64,000 nucleotides of DNA from Yuukianura sp. NJ FZ-2021 (lineage: Eukaryota), in assembly GCA_046563655.1 (NCBI GenBank), contig CM102290.1, positions 8,246,001 through 8,310,000 of the forward strand, read 5' to 3'. Of the stretch, positions 1 to 14,049 are shown piece after piece; the stretch's first letter is position 1; each line of letters opens with the position of its first letter. A model generated the notes under the pieces. The model ran no database searches and was not told the DNA's origin. It was given only the letters and a program-made list of their open reading frames with translations. A program made the position numbers and the translations under genes.

Positions 1-3000
1 CTCTACCCAAACCTGTTTATTTACTTTGTTTGGCAGCAGTAACCTATATTCGTAAATTCCAGTGTCTAAAATTTCTACTAGCAAGGGTTTTTTTGGTCGT
101 GTTTTGGTGCAAAATAGGTGATTCCTGTCGACTGCCTCCTTTTGACGGGGTTTATGTTAAGTTAGTACGGGATTTGTGGGCCATAGGGTACATTTAATGG
201 TTGGGATGTGAATGTTCCCTTAGAGAAAGTTTTTGTAGAGGAAGATTGAGGGAGTGTGTTGGATGATTGAGACAGGAGGCATGATTGTTTCACTTTCTCT
301 CCAGCTTTCAAAGGGAAAGTATTTCCAGTATTTGTAGGCAAGGAGGTTAGGTTAGATGTGTTAGGTTAGTCTACCTGGCGAGTCTCCCGTTAAAGGATCG
401 ATACATTTGATTTAGTCGTCAGGTTTACTTTCCAGTCGTAAATGGTTAGTCGTATCCCCCCGCATACATACACACATACGACCCCTTTCCCACACCAAGT
501 AGAAGCGACAGCAGCAGCGCCAATTCAAGCGCTCCAGCGTTTTGGAGCAAACCTAAAATATTACATTCACATTCAACTACTATTCCATTCCCAGTGGAGC
601 AGAAGGTAGTCAATCCCATTCTTAAAAGTTCACCAAACCTATAGCTCTATACATCTTTCTTTTTGCTTTCCAAAATTTCAAAAGCATAAAAGTTTACCAC
701 CGCCTAACAATTTAGAAACCTCCAGCACATGCTGTCCTAAAGACCATCCCTGTACTAAATCTCATCATCACTTCATCATTTACTAGACCAAACAGGATTG
801 TAACAATGGGAATCCATAAGAAAGAAATCAACACCTCCCAGGCCCTAATCCAGTGGAACAATTGACCAATTCAATTGAAAATTGATAGTTGTCAAGGTTT
901 TTAGTACAGCAATTCTGAGGTCAGCCACCTTTGATCAAAAGGTTACGCTGTCCTATCGCCACGCTCATACATTCTTTTCCTTTTGAAGATTGAGGACAAA
1001 AGGAGAAAGGCGATTTGAAGATATCCTCTTGAAGATGCTCACCTATGGAGACGCTAACAAATTTGATCCTTCGAAAAGATCTGAACTCCATGACGCCGTT
1101 TATAGGCGGCCACAACGTCGTTCACTTTTCTGATTCAATTCCAATGGTTTCTGTAAACTTTTTTTTTAAAAAAAAGGTGAATTGAATTTGGAGTTGACAT
1201 GTTTACGACCGTAATGGCGCGATGGCAGAGTTATGATGGGAGAAACTGTAACCTATTGTTCTCTTCCTAGTAAATTGTTTGACTTGGATAGTAGAAAGTG
1301 GGGCCTATGTTGTTTTTCCTGTGTCTTTCTCCTATGTTACCACAGATCCGATGCAAAATGAAGGCTTGAGTAGTTTGTTTATTTAGTGTGGTTCCTTTGC
1401 CACAAAACGTCAGGTCAGAGGCCTACCCTATGTTTCTTCTTTACATTCCTCCGGTAAAGAAGACCAAGGAAAACTTTTTGAAAAGTTTCCATTGAGTTAT
1501 TCAGTGTTCGGTCCAAGTTTAGTCCAAGACAGTAACCTTCCTTGTGTACTGGAAGGAATCTGCTTATGGAGCAACTTGCACACTTTAAGTTGATCCGGAA
1601 TTAATGACGTCTGGGACGAAACACTGCTCAGCCACTTCCTTCTCCTTCTTCTAAATTTCTGTTCCGCATGCTTTTATAAAATTTTGGTCCGGATGGATTG
1701 TACTGCCGCCCTGTCAACTAGGCTCTCTGTTCAACCTAACTCCCATAGGCTACGTAAGCGTAACCTTTGACATAAAGCTGAAGCGGACTTAAGCATTTGA
1801 CAATTTCAGGGCCTGTTTCACTCAATTTCTGCAGTAGTCAGTCATGACACGGGGAGGGGGTTATGTCAAACAAATTACTCAACCAACCGTATAACCCTAA
1901 CAAGTGTAACTGCAATACTACGCAAGAGGTCTGACAAAATGGCGGAAATGGTGGGAATGATTGGAACCGAATTTAGTGCATTGCTACCAGGAGTTACTTT
2001 GGTTACGTGTAGAAAACTGAAAAGCATTCTTGTTAATTTTGTCATCTTGGATTCTATAGTTTGTCCATTTTTAGAAGGCACTTTTGTTTTCGTTGTTTTA
2101 TTCCTTTCATTATTGTCTTATAGAAAAACTTAGTTTTTCAAAAAAAAAAACTTTCTTCATTAAGTTTGTATACAAAATTTCACAAAATTGATGATTTCTT
2201 TGTTACCGGTCCATAAGGCTACTGAAATTTTTCAAATTTGAAAACCGCCTTCTAAACAGAGACAAACTATAACATTGATTTCAACTAGGGATGGATGATA
2301 CATTTTGGCTCAAAAGGATTTTGAAAATTTTGTTTCTCAATTTTTTTTTCAAAAGCAAAGCTGTTTTGTGAGTAGTAAAAAGGACGTTTTCTGTTTCTGA
2401 AGTTGGAAAGTCATCAACAAGTGAGCCCTATAGTCCCCCCTTATGCTTTGAGCCACACTCTTCCTCTGATAAAGTGAGACTTTCAGAGGCGAGAGAAAGG
2501 AGGGTGAAAGGAATTGGTCTTAAAAATTGGATCCCATGAATTTGCGGAACCCTTGGAGCCCCTCCAGGGCGCTCTGCCATGAACATTTTTACTATCCAAT
2601 TTCAAACTGGAGCGCCATAAACCTCCAGTAATCTCCTTAGATCTAATTCATCTTCCACCGTCACACGACGAGGAATTAAATCTCGGACCAAAAAAGTTTT
2701 CACCACCGACAGCTTTCTCCTCCTACACTCATCTGTACCAAAACCAGAAAAAAAAAAGTTCTGGAACTAATTGTTTACGAACCACCAATGCCAAACCACG
2801 TTTCTGAAACAGGGAAGCGGTTACTTAAGTTAATTTTGAATATACATTTGGGATACAGCATTTTCCGAACCATTGAATCCATAAACCAATTTCAAAATGT
2901 AAACAATGTTTTAAACTTGTTCTAAAAAGAAATGAATACTCCGGCCGTTTATCAACTTGCGTATTATGAGTACTCTGCTGTATATAAGAATTGTTTAGAA

Positions 3001-4510
3001 TTGTTATGTTTCAAATTAATGTTTTATTAAGCTTCCCATTTGTTGGTTACAAAGTGCCAGTGCCACGCGTGGAACACAGTATATGAATGTTCCTGTCTCG
3101 GAGAAGGAAGTAAACCGTGCTCTTTAGTATTTGTTCATGTGCGTGTTTGCTACTTCAGATGAAAAAATAGACACAAAGGTAAAAGTGAATCTACAAAGGA
3201 CAAAGTGATATACTATGAGGACAAGAAACCTTATTTTTTCTTTCATGTAACTTCGTGTTTGTTCATATTGAACAATGAACAAACATCCCCATCCGATTTC
3301 ACTTTCTATGTGGTCTTTGGTGAACCGTAAAACTCAAAGTCACCATTCGATTAATTGGTTAGCGTCAAATTTATTTGGATTCACTATGGACATTTCCGTT
3401 TAATTTTAGTGTCAAAAAATCATTGATTCCTCAGTTGACAAAAAAATCGAAAGGTTAGGTGAGATTTTTTTTTTTTTTCGAAATTTCAGACTCAACTTTT
3501 TGTAAAATTTCTCTTGAGTTTTTGTTGTGAAAGAAGCGGCACAAGTTTTAGGGTGGGTTCGTAAGGTAGCATGTCTGCTTCCTCTGCCATTTATTTGTAG
3601 CAATTCTTTTCAATTAAGGAAATTGAAATGTTTCCGCACAAGAGTCAATAAGACTGCAAAGGTCAGGTCATCTTCATCACTCTCCGTTGTGTTTGCTTTT
3701 AACTTCCAATGTCTTTTACCAAGTTATATCATTTTGAGTGTAAAAAAACATCAACTACAGCAGTCGAACTGCTTCTGCAGGAAAAGTCCATAGTAGGTAA
3801 GAGTTTTTGGCAAATAGCAAAATAATTGAAAATTAAGAATTTGTTAGAATTTATCACAAGTGGAAGGAAAACGTTTTGGGGTCGAAAAATTACAAAAAAT
3901 ATCAACTTTGCGGCACTAAAGTATGACTTTTTCCATTAACTACTCGAATTTTTTTTGAATCGTGTCGTAACTTGAGTGGGTTTCGTACAAAAAGTCGTCA
4001 ATTTCTAAATGAGAGTGAAAGTAGTTTTTCAATTAGGTTTGGACTTTCTGCTCCTCTACAAAGGGACTTTGAATTTTTTACGTTCACCTTGATGACTTTT
4101 TTTTTTGTGGCCAAAACCCGGTTGGTGACCAAAACGAAATGTATAGGAGGGAACAAAAGGGCGTGTGTCCCGTGGGGGGTTTGTGATGAAGTTTACTTGA
4201 ATAGGCCGAAGCCATTGTTGACGAGGTAGATAGAACGAAAGTTAATTCCGTTGCAATTAAAATTAGGAAAATTAGTTTTGCAGTAGGGAAGCTAGATTTT
4301 GTGCAGAACCACGGTGATAACGCTCAAAAGTTCTGCTTGTATAAATTGAATTTCAGTTGGAAACGCAATACTCTCTGAAGGTTTCATCTTAATCAATCTC
4401 CACCGTTGCGGCGGAGGCTGTTGGAAGATCAGATCACATTTCCTTCTGCTTCCCACTGGATCGAAACGGAGACTTTGACCAACCTAACTTAACCTGAAAA
4501 CAAGCAGAGA

Positions 4511-7500
4511 ATGATGGAGGGCTCTTCAGGAAGGACCCACCGAAAGTCATCGCCAAGCCCCAATGAAACAAAAGCCAAATTACAACTCGTGGACCCACCA
4601 CACTGCCCCCACCGGACCGCTCCAGGAAGTCCACCCAAGGGAACCTCCGACTTCATTCGAAGGCAAACCGTCCTAGTCACACTCTACATTTGGTCTGTGC
4701 TAATTAGTGTTGTCATCATGGCTCCCGGTAAGAACCTGCGTTTTTACAATGCATTAACAATTTTACATTTGACAATACACCGGAAGAACGGTTGATTGAA
4801 AAGATCGGTGGGAGGGGAGCATATATTGGATAAGTGCGTCAGTTTCCTGAAAGGTCACGGGAGCAAATGCGTCATCTTCCAAAATTAAGATCCTCATTAG
4901 CCCAGAAACCCTCGGGTTTTAAAGCCTTGAAGATGAAAATGTCAATAGGTCTTGTTACAAGCTCAAAAGTCAACGCTCCAAACAAGGAAAACTTTTGAAC
5001 CAACTTTTCCCCAGTTTAAGAAGTTTAAAGAACCTTTTGAGCACCAAACTGATTTCGGAAATCCGCTTTCTCTTAATTCCCGCTAAAACATAAAAAAAAC
5101 TCCTTTTGGTTCCTGTTTGCGAAGTTGTAATTCATTAGCAAATTAAAATCATGCGTAGACGCTATCCAACGTTTTGAAATATCCAAGAAATTCAACAACG
5201 TTTCCTCTTTTACCAAATTCCAAAACACATCGCGCATCATTGCATGTGAACGCAGTGTTGACGAAAAATAATCGAGGAGAACAATTTTAACCTGTTTTAG
5301 TATTAATTTGAAGCTTCTGTTACCAAATTATGAAAAGTCTTCCGAGATTTTTTGTTGGTAACTTTTGTTCTTAGTAACGATAAGTGAGCAGACTGGAGCG
5401 GCTGATGGGGCTTTGGATCTTCTTTACAATTTGATCGGTGCTATGATTTTGACTAATGGTGGTAAATGGGCTCTTGTCGCAGGTAGTGAGATCTCCAACC
5501 AGTTAGGTTAGGCAGAAAGTAAGATCTTCGCTCTGGAATGTTGTCAGAAGATCTTTGGGATGCTGGAAGAGGACAAATGTTGAAGGAGAAAGTCGAGGAG
5601 GCAAAATACTGGCAGTAGTCGGATCTACTGGATTGGAGAGGAGAGTGCCTCCTTGGATTATGGGAAGAGATGTTCTTCTTCTGGTTTTCTCTGCACGAGA
5701 TAATTCATCAATGTCAACCTCCGAAAAATTATGTAACAAAAATATAAAAAAATGAAACTGAAGTACAAGCACCCAAAATCAGAATTTTTTCTTCGTTTTT
5801 TGGATAAAATGGAAAGGAACTGATGGAGCTGATGAATAATTGGCTTAGATTGAGAACTATGATCGTAATACTTCACATCTGACCTTCCATTAGGAACACT
5901 TTCAACTTTTCCAGAAAGGTGAAATGTTCATGACGCATTTGGACATAGCTGGTCCAAGTTGGACATAGTCAACAAAACGGAATGGACACGTCAAATTGAC
6001 TTTTTGACTTCCAAGTCAACTCAAAGTCCATTACTTGTGTCATTTCAATTGACCTGTCCGAATCAATCAGTTCTCCCTTCCGTTCTTCTAACAAAGTACT
6101 CGACGTGTAGTATTCCAAACTTCTTTTCCCTTTGGAGGTTTTTAAGCGTTTTATATAAAATGTAAAAGAATTTTTCAAAACAAAACTCCAATGAACTCAA
6201 ATAAAAAATGACAAGAATTATTCGTTTTGCTCTGCTAATGGTAAAAAAGGCGGAAGAGAATAGTAAAACTCACTGCCGAGAAAGTTGAATTTTATGTTTT
6301 AATTACAGCTCAAGTTTTCTTGAAAATAAAAGATAAAAGAATTCTTTAGAAAAAACGCAAATTATGCATTTCTCGTTATTTCTCATGCTGAGCTGAGATG
6401 AATTAGCGTGACGCAAATAATTTTGCTAAAAAGTGTTTATTTTTTATTGCAAAAAGAACGTATTTTTTTTTTATTATTTATTCCGAAAGAGCTGAATTTG
6501 AGGATGATGGGTAGGGAAGAGCGATTCTTTGTTCCTTTGTGTTTCTGACATGTGCTGTAGTCTAATGAGACCTTCATCCAAGTTCTAAAGCTTTCACTCT
6601 AAAAAAACTGTACAGCATGGTTCACAATACGGGCCAAATCCAAAAGCTTTCTAAACTTTAGCAAATCCTTTTATGAAACCTAGGTGCCGATAAATTTTGT
6701 GTGTGTCACTGCATATTTTTAAAAATGTATCGTATATCTTTTCTGCTGGGGGATTTTTATAACAAAGGTTTTGGACGAGAGGAGAAAGTACTTTAAGGCT
6801 TTCAATACCAAATCGCTTAAGGCACAGAGCTCTTACACATCCAAATATTTTCGTTTCCTTGTATGGCGTGAAATGCGCCTAAAATCAATGCACGTGTAGT
6901 CCAACATTCACTGTATTCATTCTCATCATCTTGCTGTGTTAGGTTAGCTACCACAACAAATGCAGATCTGTTGAAGATGAGGAAGTACGTGTATTTTCAA
7001 CGGAAAAACAGGAGATCGGGATTGGTCCAAAAAAAAAATCGAAGTTTTGCCAATGAAGCTCTAAAACTAACAAACCTCCAAATTTTTGTTGAAAAACTAA
7101 CAAACATACGGAAAACTTTCTTGAAAAATTCCAAATGAAAATGAGGACACGCATTTTCTTTCTGCTTAGACTTTTATACTTGCAGTTTGCAAAGGAGGGC
7201 AAAAGCTCTTGAGTATCTTTTCGTCTGAACCACGAAAATGGAAAAGTTTCACTTTATTTCACAAAAAAATTTTTTTTTGAATCCTATCACTCTCTTTCTC
7301 TCCTTCCCAATTTAAAATTGAAACAACAAGAACAAAAAAGTTTTCTCATCTTTCTTTCTTTTGCTCTTGAGCGTAAGGAAGGAGTGTCGTAGCTTTCACT
7401 TTCTCTTTCACTTTCCACCTTCTTCTTTCAGAGTCAAATTTATTTCAAGATATTTCAAACTCTAAGGTTTTCAAAGCCCATTTCAAAATCATCATCAGCT

Positions 7501-9446
7501 TTTCCAGCTCATCGTTTTCAACTTTTATGATTTATTTCTAGCCCCATTCCTCTTTTTAGTCCCAGTGAGATGAAGAATAGAGAAAAAGCAGATGATGAGA
7601 ACATGCCTTGTTCTTTGCTTTTATCTTACTCTAAAGCGAAGGTTCCAATCCAACTAAAGATTTCTGCTTTCACTACCTACCAGAAATTGATTTGTTCTTG
7701 TCGTGGATAATAAGAAAAGGAAAAGAAAGAAAATTTATTGAGGGAATAGGCACCACTGGCCAACCTAAAAACGGACACAATCAATAACTCAACCCACGCT
7801 GTATTTTCTTAAGTTCAAAAAGTTTTAGAGTTTACAAAATGCGATGATAAATTCCAATTTATAATTCTTGTGGAAATCTATTTGTCTTAGAAAACTTTAA
7901 TTTAATTTTTTTATTTGTTTTAAAAAACCGTAAAGATTTAACTAACCTAAAACACTGTATTATTTTTATCCAAAATTCTTTGACGATTTTCCATATTTCT
8001 TACACTTTCCTTTATGCACTACTCAGACAACAATAAAGGGAGGGGTAATGCAAACTTTCGCATTTCTTGCAATGCACAGATTGAGTAAAAGACACAAGCG
8101 AAGAATTAGTAAAAGGTTTAGGCATCTAAGTGCTTGTCTTTGCGTTTTCGTACAATGTCGCACGGACTGTAAGGCGAGTGTAAATTGGTGTCGAGGAATA
8201 TTTTTGGAAAATTACTTTGAGCTTTAAGCGCTTCCAGCCGTCTCTTTCAAAAATGACATTGATAACTTATTGGCGTTTTATGGTTATTAGTCAAACAATT
8301 TTCCAACAGTTACTATTGGCCTAATACTTTGCAATTGTTTTCAGTTGGGGCATCGATTGACTGTTTCAAGTGCGTGAGTCTTAATGGGAACAATCCGTCC
8401 TGTGAAGATCCCTTTCACAATAACTATTCGGTGTCAATTTTGGAGTCACCCTGTATGGGCGGACGTAAAGGCCGAAACGGACTTTTTCCAGCTACTGCCT
8501 GTATCAAGCTAACAGGGAAGTACTGTAAGTCATTACCAGGATTAATTCAACTGTTCCATTTTTTTAAACCCGCCCTCAATCCCATCCATCTTAGCATGTC
8601 CAAGTTACGTTTGAGGTCATTACTCGGGTCATGTCACATTAGACTTGGCACAAGGGAATTGATCGTCAGGAGCCCTTAGCAACCAAAAAGCTTTCATTAT
8701 TGTTCCATTGTCAGATAAAAGTGATTGATAAGTTCTCCATATATGGAACAATTTTGTGTGAATCATTGATGAACGCTTTTTCCAAGTCCGCAAACGCACC
8801 ACAACGCCCATTACGGGCAAGGACGAGCAACATTCAAAGTTCACTATTTTTCATCTGCCTCTGTCACACTGAGAATGCTTGCCATTTAATAGTTTGAAAA
8901 GTTGGCGCTGCAACTGGAGCGCGTTTTATAAAATAGGTTGAAATATTTCTTGAAATCCGCCTCTATATCCATTTTAAACAAAAATTATTGCCAAAATAAA
9001 ATTTAAAAAATACAGGATCATTTTTGGTGTTTAACTTAACCAAGTTAAAAAAAAGTGTTGTTGGAAAATTTTGATTTGCAGATGACACTGGTGAAACTGT
9101 GGTCGTCCGTGGATGTGCACTCGATTCAAATACACTTACGACAGACACGGAAATTATTAGGATGTCACACTGTGGTGGATTTGAACTTGATGACAGGTGA
9201 GTAAAAATCAGACCAAAAAGATTTCTAATTTTGAAAATCATAACATCGCAATGATCATTTTTTTATAAAGTAACTTCTTTTTCACTCGTTTGAAGATATG
9301 TCAAAGGTTGTCTCCAATCCTGTGATGACGCTGATGGCTGTAACCCCTCCAACCGACCAATTTCTTCAAAGGCAACACTCCTACTAACTGCTCTTATTCA
9401 CATCATCGTCTTCTTCACGTCATGGAATCAAGCGTTTTCCTTCTAG
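4511..9446 (+). CDS. Ly6/uPAR three-finger (quiver/sleepless-type) GPI-anchored protein. Predicted exons 4511-4727, 8345-8524, 9082-9196, 9296-9446.
   Basis: GT-AG junctions join in frame. A hydrophobic segment (VLVTLYIWSVLISVVIMAPV) precedes IDCFKCVSLNGNNPSCEDPFHNNYS..CMGGRKGRNGLFPATACIKL..VVRGCALDS..SHCGGF..GCLQSCDDADGCN. The terminal CN motif and hydrophobic C-terminal tail (TLLLTALIHIIVFF) are typical of arthropod Ly6 proteins. Exon 1 is less certain than exons 2-4. Confidence 0.85.
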
Positions 9447-11955
9447 CCGGGATCATCTCTCCCATAATTTATTTTGCTATTGAAATTTTGAGTCAAATCC
9501 TTCTTTCATCATCCAATTTCCTCCCAAAACAACCTAAAAATATTCACAGGGACTAATGGTGTCTTAGCAGACTTTGTAAAGATCAAAATAATCTACTGAC
9601 CAGGAAACTAACAACCAGAACATAAACTTCATGCACAATCAAATACTTTCGGGATATCAACAGAACCATCAAAAGCTCTGCTTTTGGCTTTTCTACTTTT
9701 CCAACTGTTTGACTTCTAAGACTTTCTGTTGTTTTCCAGTTCCTTCAGCAGCATCAACAGACGTCATTGTACTTCAGAAACTAATTTCTCATTCCCTGAT
9801 TTCTACAAAGATCGAGCAAAGTTGACATTTTGGAAAAGAACTTTGGAAGGGAAGACTTTAGTTTTGGCTTTAAGAGGAATTCAATCACAAGAGAGTGTCA
9901 AAAGCAGATGTAGAGCAGCGCAGTACTGACGCTGGAGTTGAAGTGCAGATGCTTGAAACGAAAGTGTTAAAATTTTCAACATTTCTCTAACCTTGAATTA
10001 GATTCGGGGTGCTTCATAATGGTTCTTGGCTGACACGAGAGATCTACTCCATAAAAGTTCTCAAGTTTTTTTTTGAAACTCGATAATCAAAATTTTTTAA
10101 TGAAAAATCAAGAAACAAACCACAGCGGTAACACAGAGTAAATCAAGAAAATTCTAAATAATATTTCCAGAAATTCTCAACAAATGATGCGATGCTACTA
10201 ATGTGACAAAAAATCCAGGACTTGTTTTTGAAAGACGTTTTTTGAAAAAAAGCAACTCTGCTGTGTGGGTGACAAGAGTTAGAGCAAATAAGAGTAGGTA
10301 GAGACAGGATTTAAGTGAAAGTTGAATGATAAGCGAAAAGTGTTTGTTGAACTCCAAATGCAAGCTTCACTGGTTTTTCTCGGAGCAGGATTATGATGAT
10401 TCCCCAATGGTTTGTGTGCTTTAACTTGGAAATGTTTATTTGAAAATGATGGGAACCATGTCTGTATATGCTGTAGGAGTATGGCTTCCTAGCACATTTA
10501 TTCCCAAAAGTCTCCATATTGACTCCATTTCGGATTGAACCACCGACGTTGCCTTGGACCCATATCCAAAGTGGAACTTTCAAAAAACGTGACTTGGAAG
10601 TTTCAGTAACACCATCGTGGAGGTAGCAGTGCACAGTCAATTTTTGCTTCTCCGGGGCTGGAGAGTCTTTACTAATTCAAGACACTGGAAGGTGAACGTA
10701 AAGGTGAAATAAAAGGTAAGGGGGAAATCAGGAACGAGGGAAGGTGTCCCGGCTGACACACACAGTAGTGTCAATATCCATGAATGTCTGGAAAGTCTTC
10801 AAAATGGAGGCTGTAAAGCTCTCAACCTAACTCCAGCCGAAGACTATGGAAACAGGGCTGAGAGCAAAGGAATAAAAGTTGAGCATAATTGGTTGACCGC
10901 TGATTTCTGGCTCTAAATATTATATGACATGGAACGCTGCCAACACTTTCAGGTGAGGAACTAGAGCCACTTTGTTCCGAAAAACAGAGCAATTTTTGTA
11001 TAAAGGCCCACAACGAATAGCACTTTTAGCAATTTTAGCCTTTCTGAATTTTCAAAAAAAAAGAAGAAATTCGCCTTTGATCTTGCGAGTGTTAAATAAA
11101 ACCAATTCTGTGTGCTAGAACTCTGAGTGCGTTATGTATATGTTACAGTGTTCATGTATATGTTATGTTTATTATGTTTACAGACTGTAATGTATGATAT
11201 GTGTGGTAACTCTAAAAAAAATTGATGAGCGGAACTTACGCAGAAGGTGGCATACTATAAACCAAACCGCTAATGAATTTTTAGAAAACGTTTTCCGTTT
11301 TCGAAACGATTCCGGAGGCGCTCTGTAGTTGGCTTGGAATTGAAAAAGTGAAAGTGGCTTAGGCGGTGGGTTGCACTTAATGAATCCTTCGTTTCTGGAG
11401 AATTTAGTCTAAGCCAAGGAAGTTAATGAAAGCGGAGGTGAAAGTCCATTTGAAAGATGTGGAACAAGAGGGAATCTTAAATGAGCCCAATGAAAGTTCC
11501 CTAATCCATTGGAAGCACAAAGTCAGAGCCCAGAGAAAGTCCTACGGAGATTAGTTGCCCAACTTAGGGCGTGGATGAATCCAACGCATATACACCCAAT
11601 CTGACTCCATCTCCCACACCGATCATCATTCATCTACCAAAAGCACACATGACATGATGGATGAAATGGACGCTGACCGGGAGTTTAGCTTTAAACCAGA
11701 TTTAAGGTTGACCTCTACTAAAATCCCGATGGTAACTATGGCTCCAAGCAGTCCCGGGAGGATTTTGCATTTTCACTGGGCATTGAAGTTCCATGCAGCT
11801 TAGGAAAAAAAATGACCGAAGATAACAATGAAATTGGGTTTTTAAAAAATGCGTTGAATGCAAAACTTTTGAGGTTTAGTTTTGATTTTTGGTCAAACTG
11901 TACTTTCATTGACGCTCAAAAGTTAGACTGTCAAAATTTGAAAAAGAAAAGAAAA

Positions 11956-14049
11956 TTATTCCGTTTCGGTTTCCGACTTGTCATACGCAACGATTCCATT
12001 TTTGACGATCATTTGAATTAAGTGGTCGTGCTCTCCGAATTGATAAATCAAATGTTCCCACCTACCAACAGATACATCAAAATTTTTACGCTAAAGCAAT
12101 AAAAGTACATAACAGTGCCAGTACTACTACTCTACTAATGCAAAATTAACTTGTTTTTTCTTACACTGGGATGTCAACCAGAACCATATCAGCCTTCTTT
12201 CCGACTTGAATGGAGCCGTGAGTCGAGGACATCCCAAGAGTTGCAGCAGCATTAAGTGTACTTGCAATCAGCGCTTCCTCCATACTCATGTGACACAGAA
12301 TGCAAGCTAAATGCATCACCATTGGCTGGAAACCAAACAACAGCCAAGGTATTTTTTTTGATAAGTTCAAAAACAGCAAAACTTGAAAGCGTCTTAGGGA
12401 GCAACGTGCAACAAAACGGCGCAAGTTGGTGTTATGTTTCTAATTTAGCATTATAAAGTGTTTTGATTTGAATTGAAAAAGTACCATAGCGAGACAAAAA
12501 GCATTTGGATTGAAATCTGAGCCCAATGCAATTGGAACTCCCGATTCAATCATCTTCCGCACAGGCGGTGGCTCCAGTCGCAGTATATACGCAGTTGTTG
12601 GCAGGATGACCCCTATTGACCCGGAGAGTGCCATTTCAGCGATTCCAGCGTCTGTTACCTTCTCCAGGTGACTCATTGCCTACAAAGTACAAAACTAAAT
12701 GTGGTTCATTTTTATATTTTATTTGTCCAAAAGCTTTAACATTTTCCGGAAGATGAGCACGTTGCGTACCTCCGCCTGAAGAGAAGCTCCCATCTGAGAA
12801 ATTTCAAAGTATAGTTTTGAATAGCAGGAGAAATTGAAATTAATTTTAATAAAATTTCATAATTGAGTAGCTTTTGGCCTTGTTACCTCAGCTCCTCCAA
12901 TGCAATTGAGTTCTTCAGCATGAAAATTGAGTTTGAATCCCATCTCTCTCCCAGCTTCCAGAATTCGTTTGGATGTTTCCACTTCGAAGTAACCTTTTTC
13001 ACAGAAAACGTCAATGTTGTCCACTGAAATTTCCCCGAGACGAATTGATCGTGCAATGGCTGGCAGTTGATCTTCGATTATATTTTTTGTTGCGGATTCT
13101 TCAGTCATGTCTCTAGGTATTTTGAAAAAATAAATGTCAAAATTTTGACGATACAAGATTTGCCCCAAAAAAATGAAATGTCAAACGGGCACTTGGGAAT
13201 TGCATGAGCTCCGCAATAAGTAATTGAAATGTCAACAAAGCTCAGTTCTCGCTTGGCCCGTTCCAAAACTCGGAGCATCTTCAATTCTGTTTCACGATTT
13301 AGTCCGTAACCAGATTTGCACTCCACCAGAGTTGTACCTTGTTTTTCAAATGTACCAAAAATTAAAAACAAAGGAAATTTTGAAAAGCATGTTTGAAACT
13401 TCATTTAAAAAGGCGCGGACCACATCGGAACATTCTGAGCAACCGATCTCGGAGAGATTGAAACAGTTCATCTTCGGTTGCCCGCTTGGTATGTTCCACC
13501 GTGTAGTGAATTCCACCTCCAGCGTTATGGATATCCTGGTAGGAAGCACCAGCCAACTATTTTGAAAAAGAAAAAGAATTTGAAATTCAGATTCACTTTG
13601 CAAATTTTGAAAATAACGATTCCAATAAGCATGTACTAAATTGTTTGTTTACTTTCATTCGAAATTCATGAACTCGATCACCAGCAAATACGGGATGCGT
13701 ATGAGCGTCAACAAATCCTGGAAAAACTACTAAGTCAGTTGCATCCACACGTCTGTCGAAAGTGACATTTCGGAACTGTGTTTTGATTTCACTGTCAAAT
13801 CCAACTGCAGCAATGGTTCCATCCCTGGGAAAAGAAATCTTTGAAATCTCTGCCTAATCTTAAAAAATAAATTTCTTGAAAATTTAATGTGGATCATTTT
13901 GATTTTTACCTGGAAGCAACAATTGAAATGCCATCATCAGGCTTTGCTGTCAAAACGCTTATGGTCTTCATTTGATTTCCAACCAAAACTTTTTCGTCTC
14001 CATTCGTAATTTGAATGACTTGCTTAGCCGAATGGATCAACAGTTTCAT
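11956..14049 (-). CDS. AMDHD1: Imidazolonepropionase (HutI/AMDHD1, histidine catabolism), about 9 coding exons
   Basis: The N-terminus reads MKLLIHSAKQV. Motifs include metal-binding PGFVDAHTHPVFAGDRVHEF, AGGGIHYTVEHT, GTTLVECKSGYG, DVFCEKGYF, NFHAEEL, SHLE, ALGSDFNPNA, TLNAAATLG..GSIQVGKKAD and the last exon WEHLIYQFG. Introns are GT-AG. Confidence 0.95.

Noticed and set aside
344..370. Short TTAGG/CCTAA runs here and scattered through the window
   Set aside because: They resemble the arthropod telomere repeat but have only 1-3 degenerate units, so they are not an interstitial telomeric array.
5503..5772. Minus-strand ORF containing VDPTT in intron 1 of the Ly6 gene
   Set aside because: Only superficially like LDPTG. 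It lacks GxY-stop and any other recognisable motif, so it is probably a chance ORF.
11131..11203. TATGT-rich low-complexity tract
   Set aside because: A degenerate simple sequence just past an AATAAA near 11095. It has no regular repeat-spacer structure and is not CRISPR-like.
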